A stretch of 63,482 nucleotides of DNA, filler included, from Folioceros fuciformis (taxonomy: Eukaryota), in the NCBI GenBank assembly GCA_049999805.1. It is 5 parts of 5 records of this genome, joined end to end, with 100 filler letters (N's around TTAATTAATTAA, not from the genome) between each part and the next. Parts side by side here need not be neighbours in the genome. Positions count along the whole stretch, not along the records: positions 34,188 to 56,519 come from JBNGIO010001385.1; 4 more parts are not named here. One strand, 5' to 3'. The notes beneath the pieces are model-generated. The model did not search any database and had not been told where the DNA came from. It worked only from the letters and a program-made list of their open reading frames with translations. A program made the position numbers and the translations under genes. Below, in pieces: positions 39,956-51,753 of the stretch; the stretch's first letter is position 1, and each line of letters starts with the position of its first letter.

Positions 39956-40478
39956 CGAACGGTTACGCGTATGCTCGCAGCGTTTCACCTATGTAGGAAG
40001 AAAATCGTCATAGTCTCTTCAAACTTCGTGCATTGGTGCCATTGCGTGTCTTCTTGATCTGGACGTTTAGCAGGCTTACAGCTCTTTTCCTCGGGCAAGT
40101 CAGAAGAGTCTGAGAGCAAAAGAGTGGTGGGACTAATTCTCGTCCCACCAAGCTTGGTGAATGCAATGACATTAGACTACGCTGCCATCAGGCACTAAGG
40201 TCTTAAGTCATTCTGAAGCAAGTCGGAGAGATGACCTCCGAGAACTGGACACTGACCTGAAAGAGGTGCACGATTCTTGAAAATCTTTTGCACCTTCCTT
40301 GTGATTGATTGTGCTGTCAATCTTTCCTTCAACCTTTCAAGCTTGAATGATAAAAAGACTTCATCGAGCTGATGAAGGAGTTGTACAATTTACATGTATC
40401 TTTGAGGCAGTCACCTCGGTAGCCAGATTGGTGGACTGGGGGAACAAGCTGAGAGCCAAGCTGATTATATGCACCAAC

Positions 40479-41026
40479 CTAGATCACGCACTCTCCATTG
40501 TAACAGAACTTGAGCAGCCCGACTTGGCCCTTTGGGGGTTCGCAAGAGACTCCACATTTCCCGCAGTTGTTGTTGTCGGCTTCAGTGTTGACGCACTCCC
40601 CGTTGCAGCAGGTGAAGCCCTCGATGCAAGCAAACTTACAGACTTTCACAGGAACGCATTTTCCTTTCACGCAAGTGTCTCCGGTTTGGCAGACATTGGT
40701 GCAAGAACCGCAGAAGCCGGGATTGGAGCGCAGATCGGCGCAGCCGTGCTTGGGATAGCTGTAAGGTGAAGCTGGATTTGGCTCGCAGCACGTGAGCTTC
40801 ACAGACTGTGAAGCTTCCACGCAGAGCTGCATCGCGTGACATGCATTTGTGAAAAATCTCATAGGGATGGATCAATCTCCATTCTTCCCTAAGCAATTTG
40901 ACTGGCACTCACCTCTTGGTCAGACACCGGGCAGTTGCTTCGCATAGGTAGCGCTGAAGCCCCCCACATACTGTGACAAAGAGCCATCAAGAGGAGACAC
41001 AAAAGGGGTGCACGAAACTTGGCCAT
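40479..41026 (-). CDS. Secreted STIG1-like cysteine-rich protein, copy B (153 aa; exons 41026-40913, 40826-40479)
   Basis: Signal peptide MAKFRAPLLCLLLMALCHSMWGASA; same intron position and the same 20-Cys spacing as copy A. Confidence 0.85.
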
Positions 41027-43827
41027 GATCGGGACAGTCTCAGACCAGGACTCAGTACACGACTTCACAGCCTGCCAGAGCTCTGATCTGATGCTGAAGC
41101 AAAGGCCCGGAGGAGACAAAGGAGGATTGATTCACGAGGATAAGGAAACGCATATTTATGAGGAGAGGAGGAAGAACGCCAATGCAATGTGCCTCACACA
41201 TTCGGTGGTGTCTAGAAGTCGCAAATGGTTGACGTCATCCTATTGTCGGACTGGGTGCGAGAGTCAACCCCCACAACACGGACCTCCACGTCTTCAGCGA
41301 TTCCACGATGCCTGGATATTCCAATCTGTATTCCTTTTCGCGATTTGCCTGGCACTTTCCCTGGGGCTTTACATTACCCAGGTAGTGCAGCTCTGATGAC
41401 AGTGGCCTGCACATTACGTTGTCTTGATTCTAGATTGAAGTCACGCAGAGGAGGGGGAGGCCGACGGTTTACAAAACTCTCATACGGGACCAATCGCGTC
41501 TAGATTCATCTGCCACCCAGATGTATGAGCAAAGTCTCAGAAAAGAAATCATAGAGCGATGCCTCTGATCATACAACTCATTCCAACAATGCGAGAACAA
41601 AGACCCACTAGGGAAGACAGCTGATAGTGTTGAGAGAACTGTCTGTAAACTTCTGGTCTTGTGGATAACCATGTGTGCTTGTGGTCACGACCTCTTTGTA
41701 CGATGGACTCTCCATCCTGGCAGCTTTCTGTCTGGGAGGCTACAATGCGTGTCCCAAAAAAAAGTCCAGGTAATGAGTAGCATGCTTTGTGCGAGGCTCA
41801 GTAGCTAGGAACAGCTCTGTCAGCCAATTTCCCTCGAGCCCTTGGAGCAGTTTGAAGGGCTGGCTGGCACCGACAACGGGAAGTGAAGCAGCTGAATCAA
41901 TAGTGTAAGTTGGCTTTCGGGAAGTGGATGGTGAAGTGACTGCACACTAGAAAGCGTAAGCGCGTGAGATGGCTAACCCGCTCCCTTCCTGCTGAGGCGC
42001 ACTCTGCAACAGTCAGATGTTGTCAAACACTAGTCACGGAGTGTCGTTTGTGATAATCGCTGTAGATGAAGGGAAAGTCCCCAACGAGTTCCATTTCAGG
42101 GCATAACACGATGGCTTCGTAGGCCATGCACAGTTCCCAGTAGACATCAACACCGGTAGAACCCTACCTCCTAAACTGAAACCCAGATTGACTGAAGACA
42201 CGCCCCACAGAAAACAGTAAGTGAACAAAGTGTGTCCAGGAAGTGCAACGATGCGTGCAACGAGGGTACATGTCTGCAGCCTTTCTTGAGGAGAATGGAC
42301 TTTCTTGTTCCCAATTTGCAAAACTTTGATATTGATCCGACCCTAATCTCAAGTTCGACCCTGTCATGTTTGTCCCCTCCCTTCCAGGCCTCTGGTGGAT
42401 TTGGAAGTGCAGCAACCTGGCCCGCAAACATGCATGTCAGAGGGAATGGTCGTAATCCAATTTTTGAGAGCAGGACAAGTAGGTTCAGCAGCGAACGACA
42501 CAAGGGTTGATGGATTAGAGTCAGGACATGAGTTAGAAGAGCAGGTGAGGTTCTGCAATCTGCTGCCTCTCACGGGTTTGGAGTGTTCTGTGCTTGTTTA
42601 GCAATTGCCACGGCGCATCAGGCCGCATGCGGTAATAAGCACCGTAAGTGTTAGAGACGGAGTTGATCAAAATTGTATTGAAAGACAGGAGCACGTCGTG
42701 GTGCAACTACAGTGACGCCGCGATGCGCTTCTGGCGTTGTGTCACAGTGAACACATGCACGTCAATTCCAGGCAGTGCTTCCGACTATAGGTGTCAGGAT
42801 ATCCGGCTGCAGGGCCTCGAGGCGTGCGCTGCCCGGCTGCTCGCAAGGCTGTACAGGCGTGCCCCTCTGCCTGAAGGCACATGGATCCTGCCTTATATGC
42901 TTTGTCCGAGCGTCTATTACTCTCGCCTCGAGGAGTAGAGGGTTTCAGAGAAGAAAAGTTACAAGCAACTTCTGGTTGGAGTTGAAACGTTTGGCCCAAT
43001 GCAGCGCTGAGAGCTCCGAATACCAAGGACTGGGAGTCTGTGCCACAAACCACGGGTCAGGACCCCCAGGAAGGACGATACGCGCTCCTAGTGGCGACGG
43101 TTGTAGCGGGAAATGCTATCGAGGTGGCGATCACTTGCAGCAGGCGATAAGACGGTGCGCGTTTTTGGGAGTAATGCAACGCTCACCCAGTCATCAACAA
43201 AGCACGCGCATGTGGGGCATGTGGAGGTGGCGCGATTTAGAACTGAGCTCCGTACCTCTCCAACTTGTCTGTAACACGCTGCTTGCAAGTTGCAAGCCGG
43301 GTGAACGGGCGGACTGAGTATTACCGCATGAGGAATACAACTTACTGAGAAGGACATGTTGCAAGGGTGGCGCTGCCCAGTGATGAATCATGATGGGACG
43401 GTCCTGCTGCTCGGCTGGGCGAGCTCGTGCTCGTGGTTCTGTTCATTAGCGTTGCCTTAGCTGCCAGTACTGAGCAGGCACCCACCCAAGAGTACTGGCT
43501 GGATACATCCAGCAGAGGGTGTTAACTAATTGCTGCAGGACGTGTATGGGCAGCGAATCCGCACACCCATGTTTCAAATGTCAACCTCCCTCGCATCCTC
43601 AGAGATCATGTGACTCGCCTTTGCGAAACCTTGCCTTCCACATCACCATGCTGAATTCAGGCAGGCTGCTTTGAATGGCACAAAGAAGACCTTGATGAGA
43701 CGGTCTCCGAGTGTTTGGACATAGCTTCTTGTTGTTCTGCATTCGCTTTACATGTACAGACATGTGTACATTTATGGATGGTGACGGTGTTTCCAAGGCA
43801 GTCCTGATGTCCTTGCCACTGCAACCG

Positions 43828-44105
43828 GGCCTGTTGTCAACAACGCCATCTCTACGAAAGTTTAGATGGATGGTAAGTCTTTCACATATTTGGCGCCTTT
43901 GTGCCCTCTCGTGTTCTGTTTTGTACGCACTTGGGATTTGACTCGGCCTGTTGCCAAGAGCTCCATTTGTACAGAAGTGTACATGATTGGTCAGTTGACA
44001 TAAATCGTGACTCTATGCACTCTCGTGTTCTCGTCTCATCCTACAGACTCCGGACTTGACAGGCCTGTTGCCAAGCTCCACCTCGACGAAAGTATACACG
44101 CCCAG
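43828..44105 (+). repeat. Degenerate 117-bp tandem repeat (~2.5 units)
   Basis: The anchor ggcctgttg(t/c)caa recurs at 43828, 43945 and 44062; ctctcgtgttct recurs in units 1 and 2. Confidence 0.7.
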
Positions 44106-45146
44106 TGAAATCTCCCTTGTAACTGAAGCCCGATGACTACACGGAGTCCCCTTCCTATTTTGAGCCCGTGTGCTCACTAGCAGGTCAAACTTGAAGGGAA
44201 ATCAGAAGCACTTTGGCAAAGGGGCTTGAAAATTTCATCTTCATCCTGTCCCATGCGTACCATGAAGTGTTTGGGATCTTGCCCCGTCTCCTCTACCGGA
44301 TAATTCAAGTTTGCCCAACAAAACAAGGGAAATCAGTTAAGGGTTGAGGTTGGAAATTGTTTTTTCCTTCAAAATAATATTTCAATGTTTACAACATTAA
44401 AATATAACATGAAAAACTCTATATTTAAAGTCTTTTTTTACAGATCATACTCCATTTTCTTATGAACATACAAAAACATTTGACCTTAAAATACTTTGTT
44501 GAAGACAAGTAATACCAATACTGAAATAAGTGTTTATAAAAAAATACCATGACAAGAGCACCTTTGTGCTGATGACCAAACCAAACAAATGGGTTCTAAA
44601 TTTCCTAGAACATCTCGTGGAATTGGAGCCATGGATGGGCTAGTTGGTTGCACAAATCAAAGAAAGTTGTAGGAGCCAACTTCATAAAATACATGAAAGT
44701 TGTTATGACAACATGATTCTTGCAACAATTACGTGCATGTAATGCAAGCTGCATGGGCAGGGTGCCTTTTGCTGCAAAGCCACATGTGCTAAACAAAAGT
44801 TGAAACAACGGCGCCTTTCAGTACAAGAGCTACATGTCTCAGATAAAAGGTGTAGAAGCCACACTTTTGTTGCAAGACTTGCACACATCATACAAAAGTT
44901 GTAGGAGCACATTTTGTTGCAAGAACTAGACGGGTCAAACCAAAGTGATAGGAAAATAATTTCCTCCAAGTGCCCAGACATGAGCAATCGGATGAGATAG
45001 GAATTCCAATGTTTGGTGCACAACCTATATAAGAGTACTTTGTCAAAGCACACTCAAGAGAGTGAGACAATTCTTGAATGCAGCACACGTCGGAAGGGTT
45101 ACATGGAAAAGAAATTCCAATTTGTGGTGCAGAAACTACACAAGAG

Positions 45147-45326
45147 ACCTTTGACATTGCATACTCAAGAGTGTGAAACAATTCTTTTGCCTAACTCAAG
45201 GTTGCATGTCACACTAGCTTTTGGCAATAGTGACAACCTTTGACATTGCATACTCAAGAGTGTGAAACAATTCTTCTGTCCAACTCAAGGTTGCATGCCA
45301 CACTAGCTTTTGGCAAAAGTGACAAC
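45147..45326 (+). repeat. 89-bp tandem duplication in an AT-rich, probably TE-derived region
   Basis: acctttgacattgcatactcaagagtgtgaaacaattctt...cactagcttttggcaa.agtgacaac starts at 45147 and again at 45236. Confidence 0.9.
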
Positions 45327-48300
45327 AGAGGCAACAATGATCATTGATGCATGCTTGGCATGCCTCATAGAAATACTTGGATTGAAATATTTGGAAACGA
45401 ATCCGTAGACAATAATGCCAAAAGTTATTGTCTCATGTCATAAAAATATTTGGGGATCACAGATGTAAGATGTGTACTACAAGAGTATGTAAATGAAAAA
45501 GTGGAACACTATATGGCATATGACGAGATTGATATTCCGTAGGACCGTCCAAGCATGATGGTTCCTCTTCTCCTGCAAGCATGATAGTTCCTCTTCCACA
45601 AGAAGAAAAAAAAGCTTCCCGCTGGTCATCCCAAAAGTTTAGGCCAAGGTTTCTATATACTACATTCATGTAATATTTAAGTTGGATAAAAGCAAATAAG
45701 TACCTTCGAATTCTCCCACTTTTTCCATATGCAGGGTGAAATTTCTTTGTGGACATCGCAACTTGCAAGCTTGGGATCCGTACCTGATCTTGAGGCAGAG
45801 GAACATATCACCATATAAAACTAAGCACATACATGGACCGTAGCTTGTCATTCTGCAGTCGCAGCGAATGTATTAAAGTCACCAGAGGACAGGAGTGTGT
45901 GCGCTGGCACTAGGCTCCAGGGGCCTTGACACGTGGACTGGATTTTAGTATATTTTTACTGAAGTGCCCTGCACATTGCAGTCTCTCAGACAGTGCAGAC
46001 CGGAACAGACAAGCATGTGACTTTGATCAGGGCGTGTGCAGAGAAGCAGCTACCCACTGCACCACACACCTTCCAAAGTGTGTACTGTGGGACTTGTACG
46101 TCCACCTGAGTCTCTCTCTTTGTTGGCTTTGGAGCAAAGCGGTGAGCACCTAACGCTTGGAGCATCTGGGATACAAGAGCACTCCTGGAACAAAGCTCGT
46201 CACTGCGTTTATCATGTCTTCCGCCTTGCTTTATACCTGCCACAACCTTCATCCCTAAAAGCTTGCCGTAACCAGAAATACGAAATGCAGCTGCTGCTGG
46301 AGGATGCACCGTATTCGACATGCTGGAGGCTTCTACACGTCCTTGCTTCGGATATGAGTTAGACTCCGAATCCATTGCAACAGCTCTCCGTCCGGTTGAG
46401 CTCACAATGGTGTCATCGTACCATGACCCAAAACTCCTCCACTTCCATGGACAGACTCACCCTAGTCTTACGTGGCTGGTGAGCTCGCCAATTTCTTCCA
46501 TTCAGCAGGTTCTGGGAGGGAGATGATTGGTTACAGGATGGTGCCAAACCGGAAAGCGTGGCAGACTGAAGCCCATGAGGAGGAGCAAGTTCAACAAGAC
46601 CATTCCGTAATTGTCCAGTTGCCAGAATCGCATGTCCATTTCCAAGCTCCACCTGACCCGACCGCCCCCGGGCAACAACGCATCACAATATGATGATTGC
46701 CAGGCTTCAGCATTCATGTGTCAGACTCCGCAGAAGCGGGCTTTGCAACCGCCTTGAATGGATAGCCAAACCGGCTGTTCGGTAACACTGAAGGGCCAGA
46801 GGTTAAAGCGAAGACCACCTTGGTTGGCCCGTCAGCGCGTGGTCTGTTCGCTTTGCTTTGCTGCAGTGCATGTGCAATCTCTCTCGCACATCTGGGCCGT
46901 GGCAGGACAAGAGCAAGGCAAGGAGGGGTGAGTTCAGCCTTGTCTCACCAACGTCACCGGCTTGGGTTCGGGGCCTTGACAGCGTTGATTGCACCACCCT
47001 GGAGGGGAGTGGGTTCGGCACTCCGTCTGCAAAAGCACCAGTCTTGTGGGAAAAAGGAAAAAGCGAAAGTGTCCGTGCCATTAATGGGGATTCTGCAGGA
47101 GGCAATAAAAAACGACTGACGAACCCCGAGGAGAGAGCTGCGTCCTGGGATGCCCTGGAAAGCAAGCGTGGAGGAAGAAACGGAGTCGGAGGGGATGGGT
47201 TCCGGGACAAGTCGGTCCTCTTATTAGCAAATGCTCGTAGGAGTTTCCGCTGCGAAAAGCAGCGGCTAGCAGTGCGCCAGCCTTTACTGTCTCGTTCAGG
47301 ACTGACGCTGACGAGCCTGAGACGGACCTCCACCGGGTCTCTCTCTCGGGTAGATGGTGGAAGAACGCGTCTGTGGGATATGCCATATCCCAAGCCCCAG
47401 AAGTCGGTACTGCTCTACCTAGTCCTTGTGTTCACACCTGGAGTTGCCACCGACTTGAGCAATGATAGAAGGAAGGCCTCAAACCTCGACATATGACTGA
47501 ATGACTTGATTGGAGGTCTTGTTCGAACTAGCGGTTTCTAATGAACAACGAATGCTGGCCTTTCGCCTCCACTTTCTCCGTGAGTTCAAGCAACACAAGA
47601 GCATTGAAAACAGGTGTCCCGCTTTCAGGCTCCGGTGTCTCACAAAGGGGTAAAACTTTGCTCACAAACCACCATCCTGACAGAAACAACGGAGGATCAT
47701 TCCGGACGCTCCCTGGCGAGCCGGCACGCCTGCCACGACGGCTCCTGAATCCTGGTGTGGCGTCCTCCTACTGCCCAAGTCCACTCTTCTTGGCTTTTCC
47801 TGAGCTAGCCGCCTGTGCGGGCGGACACGCAGGCTGTCATGACGTTGTCTCTATGAAGACCTGGACTTTTGATGATCTCATCCCGACTGGCGTTTCGAAC
47901 ACCCCGATACTCGAACTCATCTCCCGGAAACCTCCTCGTACGGCGTGCTCACCACACCTGGGTCCCAAAGCTCCACGGGCCATAGATGTCAGCAGGCATC
48001 AGTCATCTCTGAATTCTCTGTAAGCACAATTTTGGTGAATGTCTAAATGGTCCTCAAACCCTGGATGCCATGGCCATAGCTCGTCATGCCAGGCTGAAAG
48101 GAGGATGGGAATTCTTCGTGGATCTATCCTTCTTGGCCTTCGATTGCAAGTATGTACATGTAGCGAGGAGATTTGGATGTTCCCCAGTGCGGTAAGATTT
48201 TTTTGAGTTACAGCGCACGGGGCTATCGCTGTCAGTCCCGGCAGAAAAAAGGCAGTTCCTGCGCTATTTGGCTGTGAAGAAGAGGTATTGTATGGGGACA

Positions 48301-49498
48301 AAAACAGCATGCGGATTTGGCGGTTGTTAGAGGGGCAGAGGCCGCCAAGCCCTGCATTCTTATTAAAATGTCTGCCATTCCTTTCTGCAGGACCGTGGCA
48401 GGAGCATTAACAGTGCTCTCCAGAGCTTCCCAAATCCTGCGGGATAACAATCAGGGTTTCGAGGTCCGAGGTCCTGAGGCGCTTTCTGTTGACATCTGGG
48501 AGGAATGGCATTTGTCTTATTCCGTCAAGTCATGCGGCAGGAGATCGTGGTTATGGAAGTTTATGGTGCCTGCCTCTCGCATCCAATGCGGCTTTACCTT
48601 AAAAAGGACCGGTGTCTGATCCGGCTCTAGGGACCCCAATTGAACATGAGGAGCAAGGCATTCAAGAAACGCGGCTTTGCCTTCAAGAGCATCGGAGTCC
48701 GCTATCGCACTTAGGGTTTGGACACTAGGAGCAAGAAGAAATTGAAGACGGGGGTTGATGATGTTTATGAGGAAAACGCTGATGATGATCTCCTACTTGG
48801 CTCGGCTCGGCTCGGCTCGGCCCTGTCCTGCACCTGCCTGCAAGCTGTACCCTAGCATAATGCCTGATCAGAGACTTTGGCATATCTTATTACAGTCCAC
48901 TTGCCTCCAGGCGAGAGCTGGAACATGACGTATGGATCTACAAGCTGTGGCAGGCGGGAAGGCATGGAGGGAGCCACGTCGCAAGGCATCCGTTAGAACG
49001 ACGGGGGGTCAATGCCGTCCGGCTTCCTTTGTCCGGATCGGCAGCCTTTTGCATCACGTGAAGCTCGATAGGGCAAGAGCTCGGGTTCGATGTACCCACA
49101 GACACTCCATGGTGTTGATGCCATGGCCAGCCGAGTGGCCACCGCCATGGATGAGGACCCGAGGGGCAAGGGCGCGTCACGCTGCACGCACATTGGGAAC
49201 GCTGGCCGAGGAGGCACCTCAAGTGACGCGACTCGACTCGACATGTCCCGTCCCACGTCCCTTGTTCCTTGTCACGTGAATCCAAGCTTTCCTGTTTCCA
49301 CCATCGTGAGCCTCTATCACTTTGTGGAGCCTGTGCAACGCAATATGTAGGTGAGTGGCTTGCTGCCACCACGATTCATGCACTCCATTCATCGGGAAGG
49401 GAGATCATGTGCACTGAACCCGGTGAAGTGACATTGTGGTGGTGGTGTGTGATTTGTCATATTCCTGCTCCTCACGAGTTGGAGCTCGAATCACATGA

Positions 49499-49686
49499 CA
49501 TTCATCTCCGAAGAGAAATGCCTGGAGACATCTCAATTCGAGCTGTGATATCCGAGAAGAGAAAAGCGCAGGATGGAATGACATTTGCCAACTCGAAGAC
49601 CATGCTTGAGATCAAGTCACATTTGGATTTGTCATGTCCGAGAGAAAAGTGGAAGCTGGCCAGGCATTTCCATTTCGGAGATGGTG
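49499..49686. ncRNA. Candidate MIRNA-type foldback (no known family recognised)
   Basis: 49503-49525 pairs with 49660-49683 (22 of 23 nt paired); an inner G:U-rich stem pairs 49537-49556 with 49622-49642. Confidence 0.5.
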
Positions 49687-51753
49687 CCCAAGGCGACACA
49701 TTCCCAATACACCATGTCACATCCAAGCTGCATACGCGACACTTGGATAAACTGCAGCCCGCTTTCCAGATCCCCTATTCAGCAGCGCAGCAGGCAGGCA
49801 TGAGAGGATTTTGCTCACTTCGCGTATCCCATGTTCAAAAGAGGAAAACTGGCTTATCATACTCTCTCATCAAGCCCCCCCTGCAACCAGTTTGGAGATA
49901 TGCCAGCCACAGCTTTCTAGACGTACGAATGTTATTCCATATTTTCCATAAACTTTCATTGCAGATCATTGTACATGCACCTGTGGAAGAATGAGACATA
50001 GGCAGAGCCGAGCCTGAGACAAAGCTGGTGCCAGAGCCAGAACCGGAGCCGAAGCATGAGACAAAGAGACAAGAGAGACGTAGAAGAAAGCTGGGAATCA
50101 CCAAATGGTGCAAGGCCACGTAACAGGGATGCATATTTTACAAACCACCAACAAAGTATCTGTGTACAGTAAGAGGGTTTGGTATGTTCCCAACGATTGA
50201 AATGAAGTAGCTACATATGTGCAGTACATCCCAAGGAAAGACCTCAAACAGGCAATGAAGAGCAGTCAAGGGATGTGGAGCAGGTGGGTACCCCCGTGCA
50301 ACACACAGCCCTAGTCATAAAAACACGAGGGGTTCTGGCATTTTCCGAGAAAGGCAAGCGCGTTATGGATGGCGTCAATTTTAGCCGACGGAGTGGATGG
50401 GCCGGCAATGTATCTACTGTATTTCCAAGTCGGGTTGAGGAACCGGAGTTTCTTTTCCAAAAGAAACTCGCACATGGGCAGCAGACATCACATAAAAGAA
50501 GCCGAAAGGAAATCGAAAGGCTGACAGGGCGATCCCGAGGAGGATTTCAAGGGCCCAGGTTCCGCCACAGCAGTTTCGCCGGTGCTCAAACTCGTCTTCT
50601 TTACCCAATTGCATGAACAGTACCTGAGGTGGCAGAGTGATTCCCCCCTTCCCTACCGACCTGATTTGGGCCGACCATGAGTTCCATGGAGTCCTCCTGC
50701 TCCTTCTGCTGCTTTTGTTTTTGTGGGTACTTCAGATGCCGGCGACAGCCTCCCCGGCTGCCCGCCTCCCTCGAGTCCCCCCACCCCACAAACATACAGT
50801 TAAGTTAAGTCAGGTCCAGCTTCTTCGTGGCTGTAATTGGCTTGTGTTTGGTAGACCGCACCTTCCTTGCCGCCCTTTAGGCCATCACATGGCCTCCTTC
50901 ATCTCATTTGCTTGCCGTCTCCAAAGGCATCCTCCTTTGACTCCACAGACACACCGCCCAAGAAGCCAGCCACTTTACTTACTCCCAAATAATATATTAT
51001 ACTCCTGTTACGCTTAAACAGGCTGGACGGAGCGGCTAGAAAGAGAGTTAGAGAACCAAAACAAAAGCAGCACATCACGAAGCGTGGCCACAAAAGTGTT
51101 CGTGTCCGCTAGAGAGAGAAGCAGCTCCGAGGTGGAGGATGTACGTACTGCTCACTCTGAGGTGAGCATGTGCGAAAGAAATACAAATATTTCACATGTC
51201 GGGTGAGAATATGGCACAAGGTAACGAAGTCGGTGAAGTAAGAGTAGAAAACTCGAGACACAGAACCCCTTTACGCCGGGTTTGCTGGTTTCGCCAGAGA
51301 CCAGCCGGCGGAGGTGGCCCCTGGCGCCTGCATGGGTCCCAGAAGTAGTGGGTCAGGTGAATGGTACGGCGGCGCCGGTCGCCCGGTGCCTGCTAGCCGG
51401 TTCCCAGTCGCCGCCCGCCCCACCCCGCCCCACGTGGCCGGACCTCGCTACCCTGTGGGGTAGGTAGGTGAAACACAAGCTCGCTCGCTTGCGGCTCGGA
51501 CACGGTTCCGTGTCCGACCCCAACCCCGACCCCGAGGTCAGACCAGGCCAGGTCCCGACGCACTGACGTCCCAGGCCCCCAGGGCACCAGGCAGGGAGAG
51601 AAGCCGAGGCGGCTACCAAACCCACCCGTCCCTCCACCTTACACGCAACTATCATAAAACAAGTCATTAAATTGTCGAAAAATAGGCTGGCCTTGTAGCC
51701 CCGTTACCCATGATGCTTGGTTGGTTTGCTTACGGTATGGTTGGTTAGGTAGG

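Noticed and set aside
46690-46791. Box C/D snoRNA (ATGATGA...CTGA)
   Set aside because: No terminal stem and no rRNA-complementary guide that I can recognise; such short boxes occur by chance.
47787-47807. miR390/TAS3-like site (TCCTGAGCTA)
   Set aside because: Only ~9 nt of perfect pairing then several G:U pairs and mismatches; no second site or tasiARF sequence seen.
49269-49994. 241-aa plus-strand ORF as a gene
   Set aside because: Non-AUG start in the track, no recognisable domain, and it overlaps the foldback; not supportable as coding from sequence alone.
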